NCBI GenBank assembly: GCA_026770705.1
Contig: JANJGN010000036.1
Coordinates: 4,030,001 to 4,094,000 of the forward strand
Direction of reading: 5' to 3'
Length of the DNA stretch: 64,000 bases
From: Isurus oxyrinchus
Taxonomy: Eukaryota
Shown: positions 1 through 10,612 of the stretch, one piece after another
How the letters are laid out: each line of letters begins with the position of its first letter
Position numbering within the stretch: the stretch's first letter is position 1
Notes under the pieces: model-generated
Database searches by the model: none
Told to the model about the DNA's origin: nothing
The model's input: only the letters and a program-made list of their open reading frames with translations
Program-made: the position numbers and the translations under genes

Positions 1-28
1 TTTTTCCGAAATACAGTGAGATTTTTCA

Positions 29-764
29 ATTTTTATTCCCTGACACCTGCAGTTCCCACTTTCCAGGAGTTCATCCAAACCAACCTTCTCCTTTGGGTGA
101 TGGTTCTTGTGGCCAGGAGAAGGAGTTCCAGGAACGGGCAGTCAGGGGAAGATTATAGAGAGAAGCTCTAAGTCCACAGCGCTCTCAATACATCCATTAA
201 TAATTGTTTGTTGGCACTTTCAACTGTTTGAATGTGAACTGAGGTCATTTCAACCAAATTTAAATTTCTCTTTCTAACAGGCAATATGAACAGTAATACA
301 GAACTGACACATTCCAGAGAAAGGACATAAGAAAATGCGGTAACTATGAATGGAATTGTTTCCCAACATGTGCAGATACATTTCACTGAATTTTAATCTC
401 AGCTTTAAAATTCATAGTTAATTTCATATGAGCCTAAGAGATTTTGCATAGTGCACATTGCAAGATAACACGGTTTACATGTCATATAACATTGCGACAA
501 TAGATGAAAAATATAGATAGGTGTTCAGTTGAATATGTCAAAATTGAAACTGATAAGTCTGTGTTGTGTAAAGGGGATTAACTGTTAGGGAGTGAAGGAC
601 AGGAGCTGGGGTTAAGATACAAATCAGAAAAGGCGTAATTGAAAGACAGAACATACGCGAAGGGCTGAATGGCCTCTTGATGATGATGTGGCTTACAATA
701 ACTGTGTTTTCTCTTACAGACGATTTTTGATCGGCTGGCATTGAATGCGGATCCATCAGTCTGA
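29..764 (+). pseudogene. 3' end of an A-type VJ-C1 receptor pseudogene (psi-A0): decayed TM exon (~29-145), cytoplasmic exon 1 (281-339), terminal exon (720-764)
   Basis: Aligns to gene A exons. TM remnant LLLWVMVLVARRRSSRNGQS has a mutated acceptor (caa) and donor and a frameshift. Cyt1 is the same 59 bp length as in gene A but has TAA at 328-330 (GNMNSNTELTHSRERT*). Last exon reads TIFDRLALNADPSV* vs TLYARLAFKEDPTL*. Confidence 0.8.
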
Positions 765-1329
765 TTGCAAACGATATTGAGGTCTCAAGTTCTGCTTTCG
801 GGCTATGACACGATTTGGAATGTGTTCTCTGTTGCGCCCTTAAAGGAGGAAAGCCTGGAGGTGTGACAATTTCCAAGAGACAGCCACCTCAAATTATGTT
901 CCCGACTGAATTCAGTTGTATTAATAACAATGAGCAATATAGCACGCCGAACCGTCACTTCTTGGAGAGTGTTCAAGTCTGAAAGAACAAGCTCCTTTTC
1001 AAGCCCAAAATGACTCTCAGAAATTTTAGCTTGGCGCTCAGTATCGATATGTTTCCACTTTCTTGTGATAGTGCTTTTATGTTCATTGTGCATCTTTGTG
1101 TAGCGCTTGAGCAGGAAAGAGCAGTGTCTAAGTTACCAATCCATTAAAACACGTTTTCAAAACCAAGCATTTTGTTTGGGACTTCAGGCTTTTTGACCCC
1201 TCAGTACAGATGTGCTCAGTGAATCTGCAATGGCAAGCTATAGGACATCATTATCGACCAGATGTGTGCAGTTTAAAAGTAGTACCAACTCTACATGAAT
1301 AATAGCAGAACTGAGAGGTTATGATATCA

Positions 1330-1755
1330 GTTAAGATTGATCAGTCTGCGCCTCTTTCTCCACAAAAGGAAAGAGTGAGGGGCGACCTGATGGTGCTAAT
1401 TTAAATTATGCAAAGATTCGATACGTGGAGGTGGAGATGGAGAGGCAGTGTCTCCATTTGAAGGCAGAGTTGAAGTAAAGGCCATGAATATCGGATATTC
1501 ACTAAAGGTTCTATGGGAGAATTCTGGAATAATTACTTTCCCAGGAGAAAGGGGAGAAAGCAGATCTCACAACCACAGCGAGAGAGCGAGGTAAATATCT
1601 GAGGTGCACTTCAGGGGGAAGCTGGGTAACTACATCATGAATAAAGAAATAGGAGGATATGTTGATGGGGTGAGATGTACAGGGTGTTACAGGAGCCGCA
1701 ACTAAACCAGAAGTATCAGCGGAGAGCAGAGGGGCTGAATGGCCTGTTTCTGCTC
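1330..1755 (+). mobile_element. CR1-clade LINE 3' fragment
   Basis: Decayed CR1 ORF2 end (agagtgaggggcgacctgat) and typical 3' tail ggggctgaatggcctgtttctg. Paralogous copy at ~39500-39960. Confidence 0.6.
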
Positions 1756-2149
1756 TGGAAATAATTTTGAATTTTGTAAAGTGGGAAACCTGAGCAGTGA
1801 CTGAAAGCTCTTTGCTCAGAAAAGTTTGCATCATTAAAATAATTTCTTCTTCGCACTAAAAGAAATAGTTAATTGTGAAAGTGGGATTCAAGGGACTTTT
1901 CACTGAGGTGATCTGGTATTTTTGCTTTACACATTCAAGATTATAAACATTAAATCTTAAAGTTTGAGACCACTGCTTTTTAAGATACACATTACGACTT
2001 CAACCAATCTCATTCACTGAACAAGCGAAGTCCCGGACGGATACTTGTCTTACTGATCATTTCTTTTCTGCTTTGAAAACGAGGGTAAAAGTTTTACGAT
2101 TCTTATAGCAAGGAGAAAAATAAAACCTTAATAACGCAAGATTAATATG

Positions 2150-3900
2150 ATTTGATTGAAGCAGTCTTACAAGGTCTTCCTCCAAAAAAAAAGCCTTTTC
2201 AGAATACACAAGTAAACTATTTGGCAACAGCTCCCTTCTGGAGATTTAACTGTAAAAATCCAGTAATGTTGCCCACGGCAAAAATTGCTGCTACTTTAGT
2301 ACAATATAAGAGACTACCGCCCAGTCTCTTCCAGTCTGCTCTGGAAATCCGAAGGAAGTTCAAATACAGACTTCCCCCTGAAAGCAAAGCGTTTTCTGTC
2401 TTGAAATCGGATGGCTGTTTAAAATTGTCAATTTTTCTCAGCATAAAGCTTGCCTCAGGGCATCTCCCCCACAGAGCCACCTCAACTCAACTATGAATTT
2501 CCCTTAAACATCATTCCACCGCCCCCCTTTCATCCTGGCCTCGATTGTCTTACGCACCTCTTTTAACTCAACTTTCCCAAACTATAAGCATCCTTCATAT
2601 CTTCATATTACCTTCACTTTCGGGCCAAATAACATTAAATAACCTTCCCTTGTTTACTTATGAAATATTTGTAAGTGGTAAAAGCTCTTAAAGTTCCTTT
2701 GCAATTTAGCAGCTGAAAAGAAAATTCCTTACCTACCACCTAATGCAAATTTAAAAAGCCCAACACATTTACTTTTCTCCTAACTTCACCAGAGTCTCTT
2801 GTTACAAATGCACGCGTTCAGCAAGTTTATCTTCCATATCTCAGTTCCCACAGACAAGCTGTTTTTACTAACATTACCCAGTTTAATTACTCACGAAAGT
2901 TCAAACACACAACTTTCTTTATAGATTATCACTATGTTCCCAGAAACATGTGAAAGCAGCATCCATATTCATGTACAAAACTCCACCCATTCACCTTGTT
3001 TCCCTATCATTCAATTTACTTACGCCACAAAATGTACGGCATACCAGTTTCAACAACATTCTGGGGGAGAGAAATCCAGTTTTCCACTTCACCTTCCACA
3101 GCACATCTTGCCCCAAAACACACTGTACTCATGGTAAATTTCTGGTGTGTTGGTTCAATTTGAACACAACTCAAAAGCCACTGTGTAAAATTCAAATTAA
3201 ACCATCACAAGTTCTCTGAATCACTGCCCGTCTCCCTCTCCTGCTTTGTTCTAATTCAGTAAATGATAGAACACATCACATGCCAGACTGGCAAACCCAC
3301 AACGAAGAGCATCTCAATCCAGGACTGATATTGTCAATTCAGGAGAAATTGTAGTTTTATCCAGAGAACATTTAATTTTCTAATTGAATTATTAATCAAT
3401 ACAAATCTCTGGTGCACCGTTATAAATGAAGACATTTGCCAAGAAATGAACATCCTGTCAATAACTGGAGTTAGAGAATCAGCAGAAACAGTCCAGAGAA
3501 ACTTAGAACAGCCCTTAGGCTGTGCTCAATGGTTCTTTCACACTTGAATAACACCCTAAGGGTAGAATGTCCTTAACAATACTCAGAACAATTTCGATAT
3601 TTAGCAAAATAGACCAGCCTTTTAAGCTCTGGCGAGTGCACGGGGAAAGATAATTGTTTCATGTGAGTCTCCCTGTCTCCAGGTTTATTTCCACAAGGCT
3701 GTGGTTTCTTTGGCAAATCCTGTCACCTCCATAATTCATCAAAGAGAAACAGACCGGATTTCCATTTGCGGCCCACCTTCTTTTTTGACCTTTTATCCAA
3801 TGCAGCCAAGTCGAGGGAGGCGTAGAGAGGTCCGTCCTGAGTCTGGGAGGCATTTCAAACATTAAAATCGAAAAGTAGTTAAAAGGTACATAAGATTATC
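2150..3900 (-). mobile_element. Heavily decayed L1/Tx1-clade LINE ORF2 remnant
   Basis: Minus-strand motif remnants in RT order: ISPGL (KSPGxDG), LSPRML (PLSP), LYMNMD (LYMDD), VLGF (VLGI). The 3660-3900 part is homologous to the Tx1 pieces at 51330-51680 and 62900-63240. Paralog at ~40400-42150. Confidence 0.5.
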
Positions 3901-4459
3901 TACTCCCGCAACCGCGTTTGTTTAATTATACAATGATACACCACAGAAGTAGTTCGTTCTGCCCATTGTGCCTGTGCCATGTCTTTGAAAGAGCTTTGCA
4001 ATTAGTCCCAATGTACCCTTCTCTGTCGCAACATCGCTGACATTATTTTCCCCTTCCACTATTTTTATAATTTCGTCTTGAAAGTTGCTATTGAATCGGT
4101 TTCCATTGCCCTTTGTACCAACTTGAGGAAAGTTTTGCTCCATGTGTATGTAAAATAATTTTCCCCAAATTGATGTTTTGTAATAGAACTGCAGAATTCG
4201 CAAAACAACTGGAAATCACAAAAGTTTAATCAGAAAATTGGTATGATGAGCCGATCAATTTGATTGAATTCTTTTGTTGTTAACTGGCCAATCTGATTAT
4301 TGTGTTTAGCCATGTGCCATCTACCATTGAGGAAAGTTCACAGAATTCATCACTATCGGAAGAACGGCACAAACACAGTCAAAAGACTTGTGTTTATCCC
4401 GCACCTGTCATGAAGAGAAGTAGCCGCAGAATATTTGCATTCACTTCTTTGATTTGAAG

Positions 4460-4775
4460 CCCCTGTGCTGAAAGCAACGCAGCAGTGAATTTACGCACAG
4501 TAAGATCCCAAAAACAGCAATGAATTAATGACCTACATAATTTATATTTAAGGCGCTGGTTGAAAGATAAAATGTGAAACTGGTCACCAGAGAGAAGCCC
4601 CCACCTCGCAGCCCCCATCTCACCAACACCCCACCACTGCTTTTCTTGCACTAATGGGGATACCATTTTTATGCCGACCTGAGAGCGCAGACAGTGCCAC
4701 AGTTTAATGTTTCATGAGAATTCGGCACCTCAGATAGTGCAGCATTCGCTCTGAAGTTTCAGTCTAGACTTTCTN
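4460..4775 (-). mobile_element. tRNA-derived Deu-domain SINE (SacSINE1-like)
   Basis: Reverse complement matches the + strand SINE at 52745-53190 (ctctcaggt..., gtgctgcactatctgaggtgccg). Co-duplicated copy at 42690-43030. Confidence 0.6.
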
Positions 4776-5604
4776 NNNNNNNNNNNNNNNNNNNNNNNNN
4801 NNNNNNNNNNNNNNNNNNNNNNNNNNNNNNNNNNNNNNNNNNNNNNNNNNNNNNNNNNNNNNNNNNNNNNNNNNNNNNNNNNNNNNNNNNNNNNNNNNNN
4901 NNNNNNNNNNNNNNNTCTCAGTCTATTTACAACAGAAACACATTTTGATTTATCTATAAAAACATCCGTGGTTTGGTCTTATCTTCACTCTAAGTACCTT
5001 GGCTAGTGTGTTTATTAAATCAGTTGGGTCGGAGGAGGGGCAAAGGTGGGAAACGAGGGAAGGAGATCAGACTCACTAAGAGAGAGAACTAAGAGAGTTG
5101 TTCTGATCTGGAAGGCGCTGCCTGAAAAGGCGATAGAAGCAGCTTCAATAGGAACTTTCAACAGGGAAATTGGATAAATACCTGAAAGGGAAATATTTGC
5201 AGGGATAAGCGGGAAGGAGTGGGGGACAGAATGGGGGATAACTGGTTAGATCTCTCAAAGTGCCAGCATCCTGAAGGGCCGAATAGTCTCCGCCTGCGCT
5301 GCGCGGCTCCATAAGATGCAATTCAGTTCTCAAGTTCGATGCAAAAATAGAGCGAATATAGTCAACAATGGGGAAACTGCTTCCGTCAGGAATAATGCAT
5401 GGAATGAATTCGAAATGTAACTTCTCCTGAGGTAAAAGATGTGAGTTGGCCCCATCGACATTATTGGCGATTGAGAAGAGGACAGAGTTTAAAGTAGATC
5501 ATTGGAGTGAGTTATAATCTCTGGAACAAAATAAAATGCCCAAAGTCAGCGGCGAAGAACAGGAAACGAAGGGTGGAAGAGAGAAAATATATAACAGTTC
5601 GAAA

Positions 5605-5667
5605 ATGTAGATTTGAAGCAGCTCTTTTTATTAATTCAGTTCACACAGTTCCGATTTGTATATCCCA
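5605..5667 (+). CDS. Gene A leader (signal peptide) exon; probable ATG is 1 nt out of frame
   Basis: Strong phase-1 donor cca|GTGAGT at 5668. The in-frame peptide is (V)DLKQLFLLIQFTQFRFVYP. ATG at 5605 aligns with ATG 34690 of the paralog but reads ATG TAG as assembled. Confidence 0.55.
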
Positions 5668-5913
5668 GTGAGTATCCAAGGTTTTTAGCTGAATGGACTC
5701 GGACTGTGCCCTTGGAAAGACAGGGATAAAATGGCGCCAGCAACCGATTGCACGCGATTTTTCCACATGAACTATACATTGTTTTAATCATTGTGCCTCA
5801 TCCCGATCGGGGTGCATTCGCCGGAGGCTGGCTTCTGGAGAGATGGTGTGCGGGTGCGGGGTGGCGGGTTGCACCATAACCTGAGGTGACTTGCTTATTT
5901 CTGTCTTGCTCAG

Positions 5914-6252
5914 TTATTGTTTCTCAGCCCGTCTTGTACCAGTCTCCGAGCGTTCAGACACTCCATGCGGGCGATCGCGCTAAATTGAGCTGCCACACGG
6001 AGCCCGCTAAACCAGGGATCATCTCCTGGCACAGTCAGCGGGAGCGAAACGACATGAAGCTGGTTTACATAGCGTATAAGCAAATCCCAGCAGAGGGGAG
6101 GTTTTCCAGTGAGATTTCTGACAAAGCGGGTTATTATTCACTGCTCATTGCGGATACCCGGAGAAATGATTCTGGAATGTATTACTGTGCAATCCGAAAT
6201 TACCAGAATCGGACTTTAATATTCGGAAATGGCTCCCAGTTAGTGATTACAG
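5914..6252 (+). CDS. Gene A exon: Ig V-set domain with germline-joined J-like segment (non-rearranging VJ-C1 receptor)
   Basis: Acceptor ttgctcAG, phase-1 donor ag|GTAAGT at 6253. Open frame with AKLSC, ISWH, DSGMYYC and FGNGSQLVIT in one exon. No RSS between V and J parts. Confidence 0.92.
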
Positions 6253-6353
6253 GTAAGTTTCATCATTATTCCACGAATTGCGCTTTTCCACAGCAATTAA
6301 ATATATCTACATTGAACTGTTAATGGTTTGTCTGTTCCATTTGCCAAATTTAG

Positions 6354-6659
6354 ACGGCTCCCCGACCATATTCCTCCTCACTCCGCCAGAGGAGAAGATT
6401 CCTTTCATGGAAAGGGTCCCGTTGTTGTGTTTGATCAGAGGCTTGTCCCCCGATGCCTTTCCCATCCGCTGGAAAGTTTCCGGGAGGGATGCTGAAGGAC
6501 AGGCCGATTCCGGGACAATTGAGATGGATGGCACATATACCATCAGGAGTTACACCAGCGTCTGGGCGGAACCTTGGAGAAGTGGCACTCTCTGTACTTG
6601 TGCCGTTCAAATCAACTCCAATGAAAATCTTCTCAGTGCAAGTGTCTCATCTCAAAGAG
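6354..6659 (+). CDS. Gene A exon: Ig C1-set domain
   Basis: Follows a 101-bp intron, phase 1/1. SPTIFLLTPP...LLCLIRGLSPDAFPIRW...DGTYTIRS...WRSGTLCTCAVQ shows the C1 A/B/C/E/F-strand motifs of Ig/TCR constant domains. Confidence 0.92.
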
Positions 6660-7299
6660 GTAGCTTTTAAGAGTGACCGTTTACAAATGTACTTAATGAT
6701 GATGGGAGGCTTTGTCAACTTTGCAAATTAGAATTGTACATCTGTTCGTGTGTGTCCATGTATCATGATCTTATCATTGGCTTATCATAGATCTCTCCAT
6801 CTTTCAGTGTTTAGCTTTCTGAAATTCTAACTCCATCTGTTCTCTCCAACCCAGAGAGTTATGAATGCTCAGTCACTGAGGTAGATTTGTGTGCACTAAT
6901 TGAATAAGGAATGTGGACAGGGCAGGGAAGTGCATTTAATGTTCAAGATTAACTGTGGTCTTATTGAATGGCGGATCTCCTTGAGGGGCCGAATGGTCTC
7001 CTGCTCCTATTTTTTTGTGTTTTTATGTCTTTCTAAGCATATTGAAAGGATTCCATGCCACTGGATCATTTGTCAGTGTGCAAAGTTCAAAGGTGTGTTT
7101 ACATTCCCAGTGTACTACTTTGTCTCACCATGCCAATGTACAATTATCTATTCATACCTCTATCTGCTTCTCATTAACAATATTTCTGTCTGTCTTAGCT
7201 AAACAATGATGTATAAGACAGCATCACTATCTGGCTGTCTATCTGTTTATCTGTCAATCCAGCTCTGTTGATTTGTATCAATCAATCCATCCCTGTCAT

Positions 7300-8800
7300 C
7301 GTGCAGTTTAAGATAGCTGCTTTATATATTTGTTTGTCTGACTCTCTCTCTCTCTCTCTCCCTCTCTCTCTCTCTGAAACCCTCCCTCTAAAACTGCTCT
7401 CTGTCTTTCCCGATTCCTGTCACTGTTTATCTATTCACTTTCTGCCGTTCTCGCGCTCTTTCTTTATCAATTCATACATGCATTGATCTTTCTATCTGCC
7501 TCAATCTACCTCTGTTTATCTTGTATATTTCTATCCTAGTTCAATGGTGTGTTATAAGAAATCTGGGACATTCATCTATCTTCCTATCTCTCGATCTGTC
7601 GCCATCTCTCCCTTCCTCACTCTTTCTCTCTTTCTCTGTCTGTCTCTATCGCACTCTCTCTATATATACTTTTCAGTTAAACACTTCTGTATCAGATATG
7701 TGCTCTATCTATCACAGTCTCCTCATCTCCCTATCTCTACCTGTCTTACTATCTCTCCATTCATTTCTCCAACCATCTCTCCGTCCATCTCTTAGCTCCG
7801 CTTTTCCCACTCTCCTAATCTCCCACTCTCGCTCCCCTCTCTTTCCCCGTCTGTCCCTCTCCCCCTCTCCACCTCTCCCTTCCTCCATCTCTCCCCATCT
7901 CACATTTGTTCCTCTCTCCCCCACTCTATCCACCTCTCCCCCTCTCCCTCTCTCCCCATATCTCCCTCTCTCGAACTGTCCCTCTCTCCCCTACCCCTCA
8001 TCCCCCTTTATCTATCTCCCTATCTCTCCCTCTCACTCTCGCTCCCTCTCTCCGTATCTCTCCCTCTTGTCCTCTCTCCCCCAACTCTCCCTCTCTCCAC
8101 CATCTCTCCCTCTCTCCACCATCACTCCCTCTCTCCTCCATCTCCCCATTTATCCCTCTCTCTCCCCGTCTTCTCCCTCTCTCCGCATCTCTTTCCTCTC
8201 CCTCTCTACCCCTCTCTCCCCTGTTTCCCCTCCCTCCACTTCTCACCTCCTTCCTCCTCTTCAACTATTTCTCTTGGTATTCCTTTCCTAGTTAAATAGT
8301 TTTCTCTAAGTGATCTGTTCTCTCAGTCACTCTCTGTCCATCTGTCTCTGGCTTAACATTTCTTTGCTAATAAAACAGGGCTCCAAGTACCTCTCCCTGT
8401 TAATCTCCCTCTATCTCTCTTTCGTTATCTCTCTATGTTTGTCCCATTTAAATAGTGTTCTATGAGATCGCTGCTCTCTCCCTCTCTCGGTTTCTCTCTC
8501 TTTCTTTCTGTCTCTATAAACAGTGCTCTATCTACCTCTCTATCAATCTCTGTCGTAGTATCCTTTTCAAACAGCGTTTTTAAAGACCTTTGCTCCACTG
8601 CTCTCGTTATGATTCTCCCTATCTCTTTCACTCTCTCTCTCCATATATATAAATTTTTTGTCCGGTCTAAACAGTGCTTTATAAGATCTCTGCTCGCTCT
8701 GACATTCATTTCACCATCCCTCTCTCTATCTGTTCTCCCTCTCTCGATCTCTGACTACTTCTGTACTGTTTCAACATTATTCTAAAAGATCTCTGCTCTT
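7300..8800. repeat. CT-rich low-complexity / microsatellite tract in gene A C1-TM intron
   Basis: Degenerate (CT)n/(CCCT)n. Source of spurious Ser/Leu/Pro ORFs. Confidence 0.9.
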
Positions 8801-8933
8801 TTGCCGATTATGAAATGAGCAAATATCTATTTCCGTCTCCAAGTGAAATCATACATTCAGATTTGACATTTTTTCCTCACTTGTTTAATTAAGTTCATAA
8901 TCTTTCTATTCAATGAAAGTTTCTTTTTTACAG

Positions 8934-9053
8934 ATTCTCCGCTCCCAAGCATCTGCCGTTTCCTGCTTCCCGGGGGTTTGGCGGCGGGGGCGCTGCTCCT
9001 TCTGGGGATGATCCTTGTGTCTAGGAGAAGGAGCTGCAGGAACCGGCAGACAG
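8934..9053 (+). CDS. Gene A exon: stalk Cys + uncharged transmembrane helix + basic stop-transfer
   Basis: tttttttacAG acceptor, ag|GTAGC donor, 120 bp phase 1/1. DSPLPSICRFLLPGGLAAGALLLLGMILVSRRRSCRNRQT. Conserved in paralogs at ~29-145 and 38279-38376. Confidence 0.88.
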
Positions 9054-9185
9054 GTAGCGATTGTTGGGAGACGCTGTAAATCCGCGGCACTCTCAAACCA
9101 TCCATTTAACAGGTTATTGACACTTTCAGCCAGTTAGTGTGAAATGTAGCCACTTATGCTCAGTTCAAATTTTACTCTCTAACAG

Positions 9186-9244
9186 GCAGCATGAACCTTG
9201 ATGAGGAACTGACATATTCCACAGAGCAACGAGAAAATAAAGAG
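9186..9244 (+). CDS. Gene A cytoplasmic exon 1 (EELTYSTE tyrosine motif)
   Basis: ctctaacAG acceptor, gag|GTAAAA donor, 59 bp phase 1/0. GSMNLDEELTYSTEQRENKE. Homologs at 281-339 and 38498-38556. Confidence 0.82.
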
Positions 9245-9369
9245 GTAAAAGAATGGAATTGTTGTTGCCACCAGCGTCGATAAATTTCACTGAACTTTAA
9301 TTCAAGGTTTAAATTTCATAATTATTGAGATGAATCTAGAAAACTTTGCACCACAGGGTAGCAGAAACT

Positions 9370-9800
9370 AGGCTTCAATTCTTCTCGTGGGAAAGGTTAA
9401 GGGCTGATTGAGCGGGTCAAAATGATAAAAGGGTACGATTGTGTTTATAGAGAGAAACTATTTGCTGTGGTAGCGTGGTGGTAGGATAAATAGTGGAGGC
9501 TGGGGGTCTGGAGTCCAGAACAAGAGGGGAGAACTTTAAAAATAACGCTTGGTCGTTCAGGGGTGATGTCAGGAAGCACTTAGTCACAGAAAGGCAAGTG
9601 GAAATCTGGAGCTCTTTTCTCTCAAAAGCTACTCAGGCTGTGGGATCAATTGGAAATGTCAAAACTGACATTGATAGGTTTTTTTGGGGTATGGGGATTA
9701 AGGATTATGGAACCAAGGTGGGTAGATGGAAGTTATGATACAGACCCGCCATTACCTAATTGAATAGGCTGGATGGGCTGAATGGCCTCCTCCTATCCCT
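9370..9800 (+). mobile_element. CR1 LINE 3' fragment in gene A last intron
   Basis: FRGDVRKH-type ORF2 end and gggctgaatggcctcctcct tail. Shorter remnant of the same insertion in paralogs (~570-680, ~38760-38890). Confidence 0.7.
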
Positions 9801-9853
9801 GTGATGATGGTGTTTGTTATAATAATAGATTCGTTTTTATCCTTTCTCCACAG

Positions 9854-9898
9854 ACACTTTATGCCCGCTTGGCCTTTAAGGAGGATCCCACTCTCTGA
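9854..9898 (+). CDS. Gene A terminal exon with ITIM/ITSM-like motif TLYARL
   Basis: ctttctccacAG acceptor, phase 0. TLYARLAFKEDPTL*. Same length and stop position in two paralogs. Confidence 0.82.
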   Translation, partial: TLYARLAFKEDPTL

Positions 9899-10612
9899 TT
9901 GGAGGGGAAAGAGGGAGAGTGCTCACAGTTTGCTTCCCGAAAATGAGGTGTTGTGGAAAGTTTCCTCTGTTGGGTGTGGAAGACCGAAACTCCAACCGGT
10001 GCAAATTCAGGCGCACACTCAGCGCAAATTTATGATTTTTGCCCACAGTGTGAAATGAATAATATTTTAATGCCCACTATTCCAATGATGAATTATCACC
10101 TGCACTTCCATTCCAGCCTCTCCGGGTTTCTGTTATCTGGTGTACTATGGCACTCTGCTTCTTTATTCAGTATGTCAGCAAGAAATTATTCAAGCAGGTT
10201 TTACAATGTAACTGTGCTCGAGTTAACTACATATTAAAACAGGTTTGAAAACCAATGACAGCTCTTTAATATCAGTTTTTTTTTGTTTATTCAGAGCAGA
10301 TGCGCCCAGGGTATTTCCGAGGCGGATTTACAAGGTCATTTATAGAGTAAATGTAAGCAGGATAGAAGTTAGATTAAGGGCCGACTGGTACTGGATGGGG
10401 ATTTAGGCTGCGTTGATATGAAAGCTGCAGTGTTAGTGGACCGCGCGCCTTCACTGGCTGTGTCCTGGAAGATAATAAGGTTACATTTACTCTTGAAAGA
10501 AGATTATTGGCAATCCATCTGCCCTTTGGTTAATACAATTTAGTGCCTTTTAACGACTACAAACACTGGTTCGAAGGCACTAAAAGGACAAGAGGAGGAA
10601 ATTTGATCCGAG

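Noticed and set aside
5558-5567. AACAGGAAAC ETS-like motif also present at 15170 and 34710
   Set aside because: In the pseudogenes it lies inside the leader exon, not at the homologous upstream position, so the match is probably coincidental.
5731-5811. Alternative gene A leader from ATG 5731/5767 (MNYTLF*SLCLIPIG)
   Set aside because: In-frame TAA at 5785, weak donor in the wrong phase, and no counterpart in paralogs, which instead share the cca|GTGAG donor at 5668.
5914-6659. Rearranging TCR or Ig light-chain locus
   Set aside because: V and J parts are in one exon with no heptamer/nonamer RSS seen. C1 splices to an uncharged TM and a tyrosine-motif tail, unlike IgL (no TM) or TCR (charged TM, very short tail).
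7521-8295. 256-aa Ser/Leu/Pro-rich ORF and overlapping ORFs
   Set aside because: Translation of CT-rich low-complexity intron sequence.
10295-10370. Possible extra exon with RIYKVI motif, homologous to 1205 and 39424
   Set aside because: It lies after the stop codon, the peptide is not conserved in paralogs, and splice support is weak.
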